From contig PS015059.1 of NCBI GenBank assembly GCA_048213135.1, positions 1 to 43,134 of the forward strand: DNA of 43,134 nt, written 5' to 3'. Below, piece by piece: positions 1 to 13,738 of this stretch. Each line of letters begins with the position of its first letter. Positions within the stretch are counted from its first letter, which is position 1. The DNA is from Reclinomonas americana ATCC 50394. Taxonomy: Eukaryota. The notes beneath the pieces were generated by a model. It was not told the DNA's origin. It saw only the letters and a list, made by a program, of their open reading frames with translations, and ran no database searches. A program made the position numbers and the translations under genes.

Positions 1-75
1 GCCGATTTACTGTTAACGTTTGCCGTATTCGCAGCAACGGTTCGGAAGCACCAGGAGCCACCCAGCTCCGGCCGG

Positions 76-165
76 GAGATCCAATCTTCTTGGGCGAGAT
101 CCATTCTTTTCTAAGGCCGAGCTCCATTCTTTTTCGGTCCGGGTCACCGAGATCCATTCTTTTTT
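76..165 (+). repeat. Four short direct repeats GAG(A/C)TCCA(T/A)TCTT upstream of the first gene
   Basis: Copies start at 76, 96, 119 and 149, 130-220 nt upstream of the ATG at 296. Confidence 0.6.
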
Positions 166-295
166 GTGACCGATCACCGACCCCAGACCCTCCCACACTC
201 GTTTCATCGTCCATCCCGTCCACCCACAATTGTACCAATTTGCACCTTTGTGTGAGAGAAGACAATACCTTTTTTGCTTGTTATTAAAGAAGAAA

Positions 296-2042
<1,747 letters not shown>

Positions 2043-2103
2043 AAAAGCAATCCAAGACAAGAGAAAAAAGGACTTCGCGACGTTGTGGCGTCCATGCAAT
2101 GTG

Positions 2104-2109
2104 AATAAA
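2104..2109 (+). promoter_or_regulatory. Putative polyadenylation signal AATAAA
   Basis: About 60 nt downstream of the stop at 2042. Confidence 0.5.
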
Positions 2110-2157
2110 AATAGAACTGAAGGACAACATTGACATTCACAAAGAGACGGAAGAGAG

Positions 2158-3239
2158 ATGGCCAGCAAACCACAGATCTTTTACCTCTGCCCCATAGAGG
2201 ATCGCACCGCACTCGTGGCCACCATGTTGAGTGTGACTGCTGCCCCCATCCCCACACACACACTCACACTTTTCACACACAGCTCGGAGGCACTCGAGTG
2301 CACCATCACGACCTTCCACACCACCGCCGAGGCCGTTGCCGCCTTTGATGCCGCCTCCATGGGACAACGCGCCTCCCCGCGTCCGGCGATTGCTGCAGTG
2401 GTGGCCAAGTTGGGCACCGACGAGCGCAATGCCGGACTCGCGCTCCTCCAGCACGTGCGACGCTGCGATGCCCGCACATTCCGGTACACTAATCCGCACA
2501 CGCAGCTCATCTTATTTATGTACTCTCATCACTCGTATCGTGTCCGCAGAGTGACATTCAGTCATACAGCAGTGCAATCGGCGATTACTCGTCAGCGCGC
2601 GTTCGAGGCCGGTGCGCAGATGGTGGCGCACTTGCCGGAGCCTCTGATGGAGGCGCTGACTCATGTGGTCGCCGGGTGGCATGGAGCCTCGGCGGATCCG
2701 CGATGGGAGCCGCGACAGGCGACATTTGCGTGTCCGTGGTGTGGATTGGCGGTGAGTTGTCAGTTCAGTGTGCAGTGAGAACCCTTCCGTCTCATTGTGG
2801 AGTGCGTAGAACCTGAGCGAGGATCAGCTGTGGGTGCACCACCCGCTGTTCCACTACACCGAGTTTCGTAGTCTCTCACCCATGACCACGCGCGCGCGTC
2901 TGTTGTCTCTCCTCACCGCGATGCAGGTCGGACCCGTCGGTCGCGTCGCGCTGTCCAGTGTGCAACGAAAAGACGCGTGGCTACGGCAGTCTGGCCGTGC
3001 ATATTCACAACGCGCATGGTCCACCGGGGCGCGGGGAGGGACACTGCGAGACGGCGCAGAAAGCACCGGCGTTGTATGGTGTGCTTTTGTCGAGGAAGAC
3101 TGAGGGACTGAGGGAGACAGAGAGAGGGCCTGGCGGAGACCAACAGAAGCAGAGAGGAGACTGAGAGAAGGCGACAGTGACCTCCAGAAGCTGACAGAGA
3201 CCGACAGAAGTTGAGACAGACTGGTTCAGACAGAGAGGG

Positions 3240-3294
<55 letters not shown>

Positions 3295-5054
3295 CAGAAG
3301 CTGAGAGAGACCAACAGAAGCTGAGAAAGACAGACGGACTGGCGGAGACCGACAGAAGCTGAGAGACGAACAAGCGCTGACATGCGTGTTTCTTCGCCAG
3401 CGTTTGCTCTCGTGGTGGTGCGGCGGGAGTCGGACGGCAAGTACCTGCTTGTGCATGTGAGTGGTTGACGGCAAAGCCTTCTTTTTTTCGGTGAGAAACA
3501 CTCACCGACGCATGTGTGTGTGCCTGCAGGAGTTCGGCAACGAGGGCTTCTGGTGAGTCTGCGTTCGTGTGTGTGTGTTGGAGGGAGACACACTGCTCTG
3601 TATGTCTCTCTTCTCTTTCTTTTCGTTCTCTTCCCCCTCGACTCTCTCTATTTCTAAGGAGAAGAAGAAAAAAGATAGAAGAGAGAAGAGAGAGAAAGAC
3701 ATTCTTTCTTTCAAGGAGAGACTCCCTCTTCCTTCCTCTTCTGCTTCCTGCCGATCCTCTCTTTTCTTTCTCTCTCTACTTCATGGTGCACACGACGGGT
3801 GATGGTCGCTCGCCACTGTGTCTCCTTCCCTCTCTCCCTCCCTCTTCATTCTCTTCCCCCCGTCTCCTTCATTTTCTGCTTCCTCTTCCTGCTCCCACTT
3901 TTTGCTTTCTCTCTCCAGAGCGACGTCTCTTCATGGCGCACACGCAGGTGATGGTCGCTCGTCACTTCGCTGTGTCTCTCTCCCTCCCTCCCTCCCTCCC
4001 TCTTCATTCTCTTCCCCCTGTCTCCTTCCTTCATTTTCCGCTTCCTCTTCCTGCTCTCTCTTTTTTGCTTTCTTTCTCCAGAGCGACGTCTCTTCATGGT
4101 GCACACGACGGGTGATAGTCGTTCGCCATTTCGCTATGTCCCTCCCTCCCTCTTCGTTCTCCTCCCCTTCCGTCTCCTTCTTCCTTCCTTTTCTGCTTCC
4201 TCTGCCTGTTCTCTTTTTTGGTTTCTCCAGAGACGTTTCTTTATTATGCTCAGGTCGCTCGCCACTTCGCTGTGCTCCCTCTATGAATTCATTTTTTATT
4301 TCGTTATGTGAGTCTGTGCCGTCTCTGCATCTGTCTCTTCTCTCTCTCTCTCTTTCTCTCCCTCTCCCTCTCCCTCTCCCCCCTCCTCCCCCCCTCCCTT
4401 CCCCCTTTTCTCTCTCGCCGTTCCACCACGTGCTGCTCACCTTGTTCGCCGTCCGCAGGCTTCCGGGTGGTCGAGTCGACACCGGGGAGGATCTCGACAC
4501 GGCCGCCATTCGTGAGACAAAGGAGGAGGGTGGCATCGACATTGAGATCACGGGCGTGCTGCAAGTCGAATTCTCGCCGCACCCGTCCACCGTTCGTATG
4601 CGCGTAATCTTTGCCGGTCGCCCTGTGCCCGACGACCAGGAGCCAAAGACCATTCCCGGTGAGGAGAGCCAGCGTGAGAACAGGAAAATTGTGTCTATTC
4701 CACTCACCTCGTCAATCCAGACTACGAGAGTGCCGGCTCGGTGTGGGTGACGCCTGAGGAGTTGGAGGAGCTGCACGTTGCGTGCCGAGGCTGCACTTTG
4801 CGCGCCTATTCTATTTGCGACTGAGTATTCTCCTTAATTGCAGTTGCGCGGAGCGGAACCAGCACGGTGGATCCCTTACCACGCTGGTGTGTGTGGAGGC
4901 AGGGGGGGGGGGGGATGAATCGCTCACGTCTTGTTCTCACTCCGTTTCCTATTCGCTCACAGCTGGCGGCGCCGTGTATCCGCCCTGCATCCTGCGCCGC
5001 GAGGGCTGCCTCCCACCGACTGCCTCAGGCAGCGAAGAGATGCTGACAGAGTAG
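2158..5054 (+). CDS. Fusion protein: receiver(CheY)-like domain + tandem C2H2 (Di19/KCMF1-like) zinc fingers + Nudix hydrolase (11 exons)
   Basis: Exons 2158-2225, 2283-2483, 2550-2751, 2810-2862, 2927-3078, 3401-3456, 3530-3552, 4459-4658, 4721-4776, 4844-4886, 4963-5054 splice in frame. Motifs: RAFEAGAQMV, FACPWCGLANLSEDQLWVHHPLFH, CPVCNEK...LAVHIHNAH, and Nudix box GGRVDTGEDLDTAAIRETKEEGG. Confidence 0.8.
3110..3370. repeat. Degenerate short tandem repeat (GAGACCRACAGAAGCTGA-like) plus (GA)n, intronic
   Basis: The motif ACAGAAG recurs about 5 times inside intron 3079-3400. Confidence 0.7.
3780..4275. repeat. Intronic minisatellite, ~150-165 bp unit, ~3.3 copies
   Basis: TCATGGYGCACACG..GGTGAT recurs at 3781, 3931 and 4094; a partial copy lies at 4225-4275. 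Confidence 0.85.
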
Positions 5055-5552
5055 AGTGAACGCATGCGATTGCTGATGTTACTGATGAACAAGTAGGGTG
5101 CGGATGAACGGTGGTGGCGGCCATGATCGTCGGGCCGACAACTCGGCAACGCAGTCTCGTCGGCGACCGAGTTGTCGAACAGCACACGTGTTTTCATGCC
5201 GACGAAATACAACACCGCGGGCTGATGTATGTTCGGAACCCGATCGTCCGCACTGCTCTTCGAGGTCGGTCTCGCGTCATTTGTGGGGTCGCTCTAGTGT
5301 CTTCCTCATGTTTCCTTGCTTCAGCATAGGAGGGGCGACGCCATGTCACCCGGAGACGGCCAGATAAGGCACTCCGCGGTGATGTCTAGAAGCGTCGGTG
5401 TGCTCGCGCGCGCAATAAGGCGAAATCGATGTTTCACGGCAGCCATCTATAGTTTCTGCGTCTTGCGAAGAGAGCTCACCACCTCAACACCTCCTCAAGC
5501 TTCCACTACCGTTCCTCTCCTTTTTTCTCTTGAAATCTCTGCTGCACGAAAG

Positions 5553-8500
5553 ATGAGCACGACACAGGTTGAAGCTGTCGCCATGGATCGCGATGTCGAG
5601 AACGGCGGCGATGAAACACTGGTGTGTGTGTGTGTGTGTGTGTCTGGGTGTGCGTATTCAGTAACGTAAGAGACGCCTCATGCGTGTGCGCTCCTCCCGT
5701 CGCAGGACCCGCAACTGAGCATTCACACTGTCGGCGGCGCTGCCGATACGACCTTGGAATTGGCGTGCGTGTTGTACGATGTACCTCCGTCCGCCCTTCC
5801 TTGCATCACTTGTCTCACTCCGTGCACACCTACAGTGAAGAGCAGCAAGTTGTGCACGATCACAGTCATCAAGTGGTGCGTGGCGGTGCACGAACTCTGC
5901 CTCTGGCGTCGGAAGATATCGAAGCCGGACGCGTCAGAAACAAGTTCACTCCTGTCACGTTGACGTTTGAGAACATTTGCGTCGATGTTGACGTGATGGT
6001 GGATGGCGTCAAGCAAACAAAACGAATCCTTGACAATGTTACCGGCGTTGTCGAGCCCGGACAATGTTGCGTGCACGCAGCGCTGCGCTCACTCCGACGT
6101 TCCATTCTTCTCACCGCCAATCTCCCGCAGTTCTGGCGTGCATGGGCCCCAGCGGTGCAGTTTCGTCCTTTATTTCCATCATAAGTGGTGCACGACACTC
6201 ACCGTTGCCACTCATGCACAGGGAAAAACCAGCTTGCTCGACATTCTTGCTGCACGCCGTGGGTACACCAGTGGTCGCATCTGCATCAACGGAGAGCCAC
6301 TGCATGAGGGGTGAGTTGCATTCTTCAGTGCGCGTGACCTCGCGCTGTTGCTGACCTTCTTCTGCGCGTACACAGTCGTTTCAAGAAGATTTCCGGATAC
6401 GTGCAGCAGCACGAACAAGTGCGTCTGCGTGCCTCCCCTTGCATGCACTCTTCACGAGTGACTGACTGTACCCGAGCAGATGATGGGCACGTTGACAGTG
6501 CGACAGACGTTGGAGTTCTACGCCAGGCTGAAGCTTCCAAGCACGTTCACGGCCGAGCAACGCACTGCAGAGGTAGTTATCTGCGTGCTGTACTGTGCCA
6601 TCGCACGCTGCGCTGGTGTGTTGTTCACTGCGTGCCTGTTCAGGTGGACCGGTTGATCCGCCAGCTGCTCTTGACTCGCTGTGCTGACACATACGTTGGC
6701 GACTCGTTTGTGCGCGGTGTCTCTGGCGGAGAGCGCAAGCGGTGAGAGTTGCCAGTCCTTGTCGTTCTTCTCTCATTTCAACGACAGTACATGTTGCTGA
6801 TCTATCTTTACCCAATCACAGAGTCTCCATCGCCATCGAGTTGCTGTCACAGCCGGCAATTCTGTTCCTTGACGAACCGGTATGCGGAATGAATGTTGGT
6901 TTCCAAACAGGAAGGCCTCGCTCTCACCCACACTCGTCTCGCGCAGACGAGTGGACTGGACGCGTCGACTGCACTGGAGATTATGGAGGTGATTCGTGGA
7001 CTGGCAGCAGAGGGACGCACCATCGTCACCACCATTCGTTGCGTTCCTCCAAGCACAGTGGGTGATTATGACGCTCGCAGCTGACCTCAGACTTGTCGCG
7101 CAGATCAACCGAGGTCGGCTATTTTCAAGATGTTCGACTCCTTGCTCCTGCTATGCCGGTATGTCAGATCCAGAGTGTGCATAACTGCTTCCACGCCCTT
7201 CTCACACCGGAGCATGCAGTGGCAAGGTTGTGTTCCAGGGCAACGCGCTAAAATCAGTGGAGGCCTTCACCGAGGCCGGCTACCCTTGCGACGAGTATAC
7301 GTCCGCACCCGATCATCTCTGTTGCGTCTGCATTGATACACCTCACTGCTTCCACCTTTTCTTTTTTGCTGATCTTGCAACACAGTGGACGTGCTGACAT
7401 TTGTGCGCGCTGAGGACCCACAACGCGAGGCCGATGCCATGCACGATTTCTACAAGGCCTCGGCCGATGCGCAAACGGTGAGTGCATCGGTTAGCTGGCT
7501 GTTGTATCAGTGTGTAGTAACCAAGGCCAATCGTGTGCAGGTGGCAGACAAGATCCTCATGGCTACCCTCGGCAAGAAGAAAGCGATTGGTGACAGTCGA
7601 TCGCCACCGACGGTTGCAACAGAGGTGGTGGTCGCTCCCAAGGTGCGAAGCGCACGCGTGTTGTTCTCGCATGCCGTTGTGATGCCGTCACTGCTGACGC
7701 ACTTGCCGGTGGCATCATCCTGCAGTTGAGTCAGTGGATCCAGTTCACCACACTGCTTCAGCGCGACATGCGCAATCAGCTGCGCAACCCGATGGTAGCG
7801 GGTGTGCGGGTGGTGCAGCAAGTGTTTATCGCCTTGCTGCTCGGCATTGTGTTCCTGCGCTTGGACTACAGCGAAGCCGGACTGCAGAGCCGGCAGGGCG
7901 TACTGGCATTCCTTGTCATGGGCTCCGTGTTCATCGTCATCGACAGTGCCATTCACGTGGGTGCGTTCGTTTTTGCTATTGTCGTTGTTGTACGACGCAC
8001 TGACGGCAGTATGCTGTTGTGTGTGGCGCAGTGCCGCAGTACCGTGCCCTGTTCCTCCGCGAGCGTGGCAGCGGCATGTACAGCGTCTTTTCGTACTACG
8101 CGAGCCTGGTCGTGTCCGACACACCGATGCAAATCGTAATGCCCGTTGTCTCCGGTGCCATTCTGGTGAGTCTGCGCTCGGCAAAATCGTTCCTTCGCGC
8201 CGATGGTGTGCACTGACCGACTCGACTTGATTGGGTGCACTGTAGTACTGGATGGTCAACCTGCGGCCTGATGTTGCGTAAGTGGTGGAGCTGCTCGTCA
8301 CTCACTTGTTGCACTGTTGCTGATTATCGGTATCGTTGTAGGCCACGAGTTTCTTCCTGTTCCTCGGCTTCTACATTCTTGCCTTCCAGGCTGGTTCTGC
8401 GATTGGCATTTGCATCTCCTGTGGAGTGAGCAACATTGCAGTGGGTCTCACGGTTGGACCAATGGTGGTGCGTTGAGGGAGAAGGAGAGGGAAGAGTGGA

Positions 8501-9379
8501 GAAGAGAGGGAGATGGGAAGAGATAGGAGGGTAGAGTGAGTATCCGGGAGGTGTGAGAGGGAAAAGAGGAGAATGGAAGAGGGAGATGGGAACGGGAAGA
8601 GTGTGTGACAGAGAAGTGTGAGAGAGAAGGGAGGAGAATGGAGGGAGATGGGAACGGGAAGAAGAGGGAAGAGTGAGTGACAGAGAAGTGTGAGAAAGTT
8701 GGAAGGAGAATGGATGGGAGTGAGAGATGAACAAGTTGCTGACGAGTTTGTTGCTTGGTTGCTTGCACGCGCAGTCGGTGGTGTTCACCCTCTTCTGTGG
8801 CTACTTTGCCAACACCGATAGCGTTGCGTAACTGGTCTAGCATTTACAATGATGCATGACAGTCACGTTCTCACTCGAATTACAAACCGTCACAGATTCC
8901 CGTGTTCCTTCGATGGGTGAGCTTGTGGTGATGGAACTTTTTCGTTGAAGTAGTGTGGCTCATGAACGCCTCTTGACTGAGCAGATCACCTCCACGTCGT
9001 TCGTGCGATGGAGCCTGCAGCCACTTCTCATCAACGAGCTGTCAGGGTAAGATTGCTGCTTTGCGTTAGCGGTGCATCAGCAAACACTCACTGCATTCAT
9101 GCAACAGCGTGGACTTTACAGTTGCTTGCAATCCCACCACTGGCCAGTGCAGCACTCTGTCTGGCGATGCCGTGCTGCGCCAGCTGCGCTTTGACGTTGC
9201 GTACTTGATGAGAGGTTGCTCTTTGTGTCACACACACACCTGACGTCGTGCAATAGGGTACGCCAATGTGGCAGTGTGCTGTCATCCTTGTCGGCATCTA
9301 CGCAATCTTCCGCGTGCTGGGATACATTCTTTTGTGGAATCAGGATCGCATGGCGGCCAAGTCGTCCAAGCGATGCTGA
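5553..9379 (+). CDS. ABCG (White/ABCG2-type) half transporter, NBD-TMD, >20 exons
   Basis: Spliced motifs: Walker A GPSGAGKT, YVQQHE, signature VSGGERKRVSIA, Walker B ILFLDEPTSGLD, H-loop TIHQP, FLRERGSGMY, DSIPVFLRW, GDAVLRQL, and C-terminal TM helices. Stop at 9377-9379. Confidence 0.93.
8480..8725. repeat. GA-rich degenerate tandem repeat in an ABCG intron
   Basis: GAGGGAGATGGGAA(C/G) recurs three times and GTGACAGAGAAGTGTGAGA twice. Confidence 0.7.
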
Positions 9380-9455
9380 AAGGACGCAGCCCACACAGCA
9401 TTGTAGACAAAATGTAGATAATGTTTTGCTTAGTTTAATGTGATTGGTGTTCATG

Positions 9456-9461
9456 AATAAA
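9456..9461 (+). promoter_or_regulatory. Putative polyadenylation signal AATAAA
   Basis: About 77 nt after the ABCG stop, followed by a GT/T-rich tract. Confidence 0.55.
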
Positions 9462-9906
9462 GTGTTTCTGTTTCACCGCATTATGCGTTTTTTTCTTTTC
9501 AAGTGGGTTGTCAGTGTTGAATATAACGCGAAAGAGCCCATCGTGCATGCCCCGGCCAGCTGATCCGGGCCACCGACATGCTCAAAATAGTTGCCGTCAT
9601 GTCCGTTCTCCGTCGTCAAACTCGCAGATGCAGTCTACACTAGGCAGTGTTTGAGGAAGGTAAATGTGCCTACACAGACACCGCGCAGCCCACCTGGTGA
9701 GAGACTCCCTGCATATTCACTGCAATTCGACACGCTTCGAACATGCCGGTTTTTGCCGCGCAGATTGCTGGCAAGTTTGGTGCCAGTGGACGTGGATAAA
9801 AGTGTCAGTCGACGCCGGTCGAGAGTAGACACACTTCCAACACCAACTCAAGAGACAAGACAACCAGGAAGCAAGAACACAACAACCAACAACAACAACA
9901 ACGATC

Positions 9907-10582
9907 ATGCAGATCTTCGTCAAGACCCTCACCGGCAAGACCATCACTCTCGACGCTGAGCCGACCACCACTGTCGAGGCCTTCAAGGAGCTCATCCGCA
10001 ACAAGGAGGGCATTCCGGCCGACCAGCAGCGCCTGATCTACGCCGGCAAGCAGCTGGACGACGCACGCACACTCGGCGACTACAACATCACCAAGGAGGC
10101 CACCATTCACCTGGTGCTCCGTCTGCGTGGCGGCATGCAGANNNNNNNNNNNNNNNNNNNNNNNNNNNNNNNNNNNNNNNNNNNNNNNNNNNNNNNNNNN
10201 NNNNNNNNNNNNNNNNNNNNNNNNNNNNNNNNNNNNNNNNNNNNNNNNNNNNNNNNNNNNNNNNNNNNNNNNNNNNNNNNNNNNNNNNNNNNNNNNNNNN
10301 NNNNNNNNNNNNNNNNNNNNNNNNNNNNNNNNNNNNNNNNNNNNNNNNNNNNNNNNNNNNNNNNNNNNNNNNNNNNNNNNNNNNNNNNNNNNNNNNNNNN
10401 NNNNNNNNNNNNNNNNNNNNNNNNNNNNNNNNNNNNNNNNNNNNNNNNNNNNNNNNNNNNNNNNNNNNNNNNNNNNNNNNNNNNNNNNNNNNNNNNNNNN
10501 NNNNNNNNNNNNNNNNNNNNNNNNNNNNNNNNNNNNNNNNNNNNNNNNCCTGGTGCTCCGTCTGCGCGGCGGCCGCTGCTGA
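9907..10582 (+). CDS. Divergent polyubiquitin (about 3 units, middle lies in an N gap), C-terminal extension RC
   Basis: First unit [11 protein letters not shown]...LVLRLRGG runs directly into MQ. After the gap (10142-10548) the sequence reads [10 protein letters not shown]. Confidence 0.88.
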
Positions 10583-10716
10583 ATCCGCAGTCGGGCGGGC
10601 GGTCTATAGAGGAAGCAATAATGATAGTTGTACAGCGCCAATGAAAACACCACAGTCGGTCAAGTACAATGATTCGCTTACGCAGCGCAGCTACACTGCT
10701 GCGCGCCACCGACAAC

Positions 10717-10828
10717 TCACAAACGTAGTGCCGGATCCGCAAAACACAGGTACAACACGCTCTCGGCCTCCTCCACCGTGAAGCAGCGGAGTACCATCTC
10801 TGGCAGGCAGCGCAAGTCCTCGTCTTCT

Positions 10829-10863
<35 letters not shown>

Positions 10864-11832
10864 TTGCATCATCTCCCGCACTGCACGCAGCGCCGAGCGC
10901 GCACAGTCGAGCTCCCTCCGCGCGAGTCCACACGGCGTGGACCACACTCGCACTGTCCGGTCATGGCCGCCACTCAGAATGTGCTGCCCGTCGGGCGACA
11001 CGGCGACAGTGCACACAAAAATCGCGTCACCAGCCAGTCGCACCACTTGTTGTCCACTCGCCACCGACCACACTCGCACAGTACGGTCGTCACTCGCACT
11101 CACAATGTGCTGATTAGAGGAAGTGACAGCGACGCATGTCACGCATTCACTGTGTCCCTCGAATCGCTGCACCTCCTCCCCGCTCGCCAGCGACCACACG
11201 CGCACAATCTTGTCATAGCTCCCACTCACCACATGCTGGTCATCGGGAGTGATGGCGACAGACACAACCGCACTGGCGCATCCATCGAACTGCCGTACAG
11301 CCGTCGCATCGCCATCACACGCCAGTGACCATACGCGCACAGTCGAGTCAAAGCTCGCGCTGACGATCCACCGACCGTCTGCAGAAACAGCGACAGCCTG
11401 CACCCAGTCACGATGCCCGCACAGCACTCGATGCGCCTCTCCACCATCCACCGCCAGCGACCACACGCGCACCGTATCATCTGCACTCCCGCTCACCGCA
11501 TGCCGACCATCGGGAGTGATGGCGACAGACAACACCGCGTCCGTGTGTCCCTCAAACCGCTGCATCTCCTCCCCGCTCGCCATTGACCACACACGCACAG
11601 TCGTATCACGACTCCCACTCACCGCGCGTAAACCATCGCGACTGACAGCCACCGACCACACCAACTCCGTGTGACCAATCATCCGCCACACCTCTTTCCC
11701 GCTGACCAACGACCACACTCGCACCGATCTGTCACTGCTGCCACTGACCGCATACAAACCATCGCACGTCACTGCAAGAGAGAGCACAGAGGCAGTGTGA
11801 CCAGAGAGGACGGTGCCGCTGTCGACCAACAT
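10717..11832 (-). CDS. Intronless WD40 protein with 7 repeats and an acidic C-terminal tail
   Basis: Seven GH..V.SVA...DG...VSGS.D.TVRVWS repeats in one ORF. The ATG closest to repeat 1 is at 11832. Poly-E tract near the C-terminus. Confidence 0.9.
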
Positions 11833-11931
11833 GATTTGATATGAGGGAAAAACGATTGTCCACGCGGCAGTTTTGACGCATGACTCATCACCACCAAACA
11901 CACATCTCGCGAGCGTGCGTGCGTTCCTCCG

Positions 11932-13226
11932 ATGCAACGCAGAGGCCATCGCGAGCGCACAGTGATTGGCTCCAGCAACCGCCGTGACGCGCAGTTCTCA
12001 TCGACAACGCCACCACAAACACTGCCAGTGAACAAGACCCGACACTTTACTCGTTGCGCGCTCTCTCTCCCTCCCTCCCTCCTCGCGCTCTCTCGCTCAC
12101 TCTCTCTCCTCACAGACGATGGCGACGCACTGCCAGTGTTAGACGACGCGGCCACTGCCTCGGCAGCTGCGGCGGCTGGGCGCGGTGTGGCGCCCTTCAA
12201 GAACGAGTACTTGTACCCGCACCAGCTGCAGGAGCAGCCGCTGTCCAAGTACCGCAACTCCGCCCCTCCAACCCGTTCGTTGGCGGAGACGTCGGTGATG
12301 CGCCCGGTGTGGCAGCCGAATACGCAGGAGCCGGCGGTCTATTGGACCACCAAGAGACCCCTGTCGCCGTCGCAAGAGAGCAAGCTGTTGGCCACGATTG
12401 CGGAGAAGAATCGAGTCCGGGTTGCGTACTGTATGTGCTTCTCGTCGTTGCCCACTGTTCGGTCCGCTCATTGGTGGTGGCGGGAGCAGGATGAGGTGGC
12501 GTCGATTGGCGTGGACGATGTGATTCACCAGCGGGGCGAGGTGGCCACGCGTTTTGGGTATACAGTGTACCCGGTGACGACGTCGGTGACGACGCCGGCG
12601 GAGGATTCGGGGCTGGGGTGCAGATCGGCCGATGAGCGCTACAGGACCATGTCGAGCACGCTGGACACGTTCTCGTCGGCCAGCTGGGAGGATAAGAAGG
12701 CCAAGGAGGCGGTGCGCCTGCGACGGAGAAACATGAATGCGGCGCGTGTGGTGGAGACGTACGAGAGGGAACTGGAGGAGGTGCTGCTCGTTTGTGTGGC
12801 GTGCGGAATTACTATGTATGTGCTGACTCCCCCGAGACAGAAACGACTAAAAGAGGAGAGGAGAGCACTCGGCAAGAGCCGGCAGCGACTGAGGTATCTG
12901 GAGGCAGTGGCGGATATGGACGCGTTCCGCAATGGCATGAAGTTCCCAAACATTGCGACGATTCTGCCGGCCACACCCGACGGTCCGCGCGACCGCACTC
13001 TCCGCTCCACATTTGGCTCGGCGCACATGGCCTACAATGCGACGAATGTGGTGGTCGAGGCACCGTGGGAGCGCGAGCCAACGGCGCGCCCGTTGATGGG
13101 CGCGCACCACACCAAGCGCACCAATCCGCTCCTCGTGGCAGTTGCGTGGTTGTCTCGCCGAAGAAGGAGGAGAAAATGGCGTGTGACTGACTCGCTTGCT
13201 TGTTGAAACATGTACAGGACTCGTAG
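11932..13226 (+). CDS. Hypothetical protein with a coiled-coil segment (5 exons)
   Basis: Long ORF with coding-like codon use. Predicted introns 12053-12115, 12421-12489, 12781-12840 and 13141-13217; stop TAG at 13224-13226. No family recognised. Confidence 0.6.
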
Positions 13227-13703
13227 TGCACGACTGTCCTCCTATATTTTCTTGATCTATATGACAAGCCAATCTGGTGTACATTTGAGAGGTGGAGGTG
13301 GAGGAGGAGGAGAAGGGAAGAAGTAACAGAAGCAACGAATCATAAAGCAGCACAGTGTTAAACGACAACGAAGGTGCAAGTTTGCCGTCTCTTTGCAGTG
13401 ATCCGTTGGCGAGGGCTCGAAACTGATTGCCTTCTACGGGTGAGAAGGGCAAGGCTTGTTTGCAAGTACACGAAGGAAGCGACACAGATATTAGTGCATG
13501 AGCTCCTTCATCCCAGGGCCGCGCTGATTCATGTACCACGCCACATCCTCCATGTACTCTCCGCCATGCGCACTCTCCTCACACCGCACTGGAAAATCAG
13601 CTGTGATACAAATCCGAACACGTCAGTCTCTCTGTCTCTCCCTCTCCTCTCCCTCGCGATCGTCATGTCGACCCCTGTCCATGCAGAGACCAATTCCACC
13701 TGC

Positions 13704-13738
<35 letters not shown>

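Noticed and set aside
7038-7103. Alternative reading of the atypical donors as non-GT introns (G|TTGCGT)
   Set aside because: Keeping the G in the exon either causes a frameshift or converts the invariant ABCG H-loop TIHQP to TIRQP. The introns are GT-AG.
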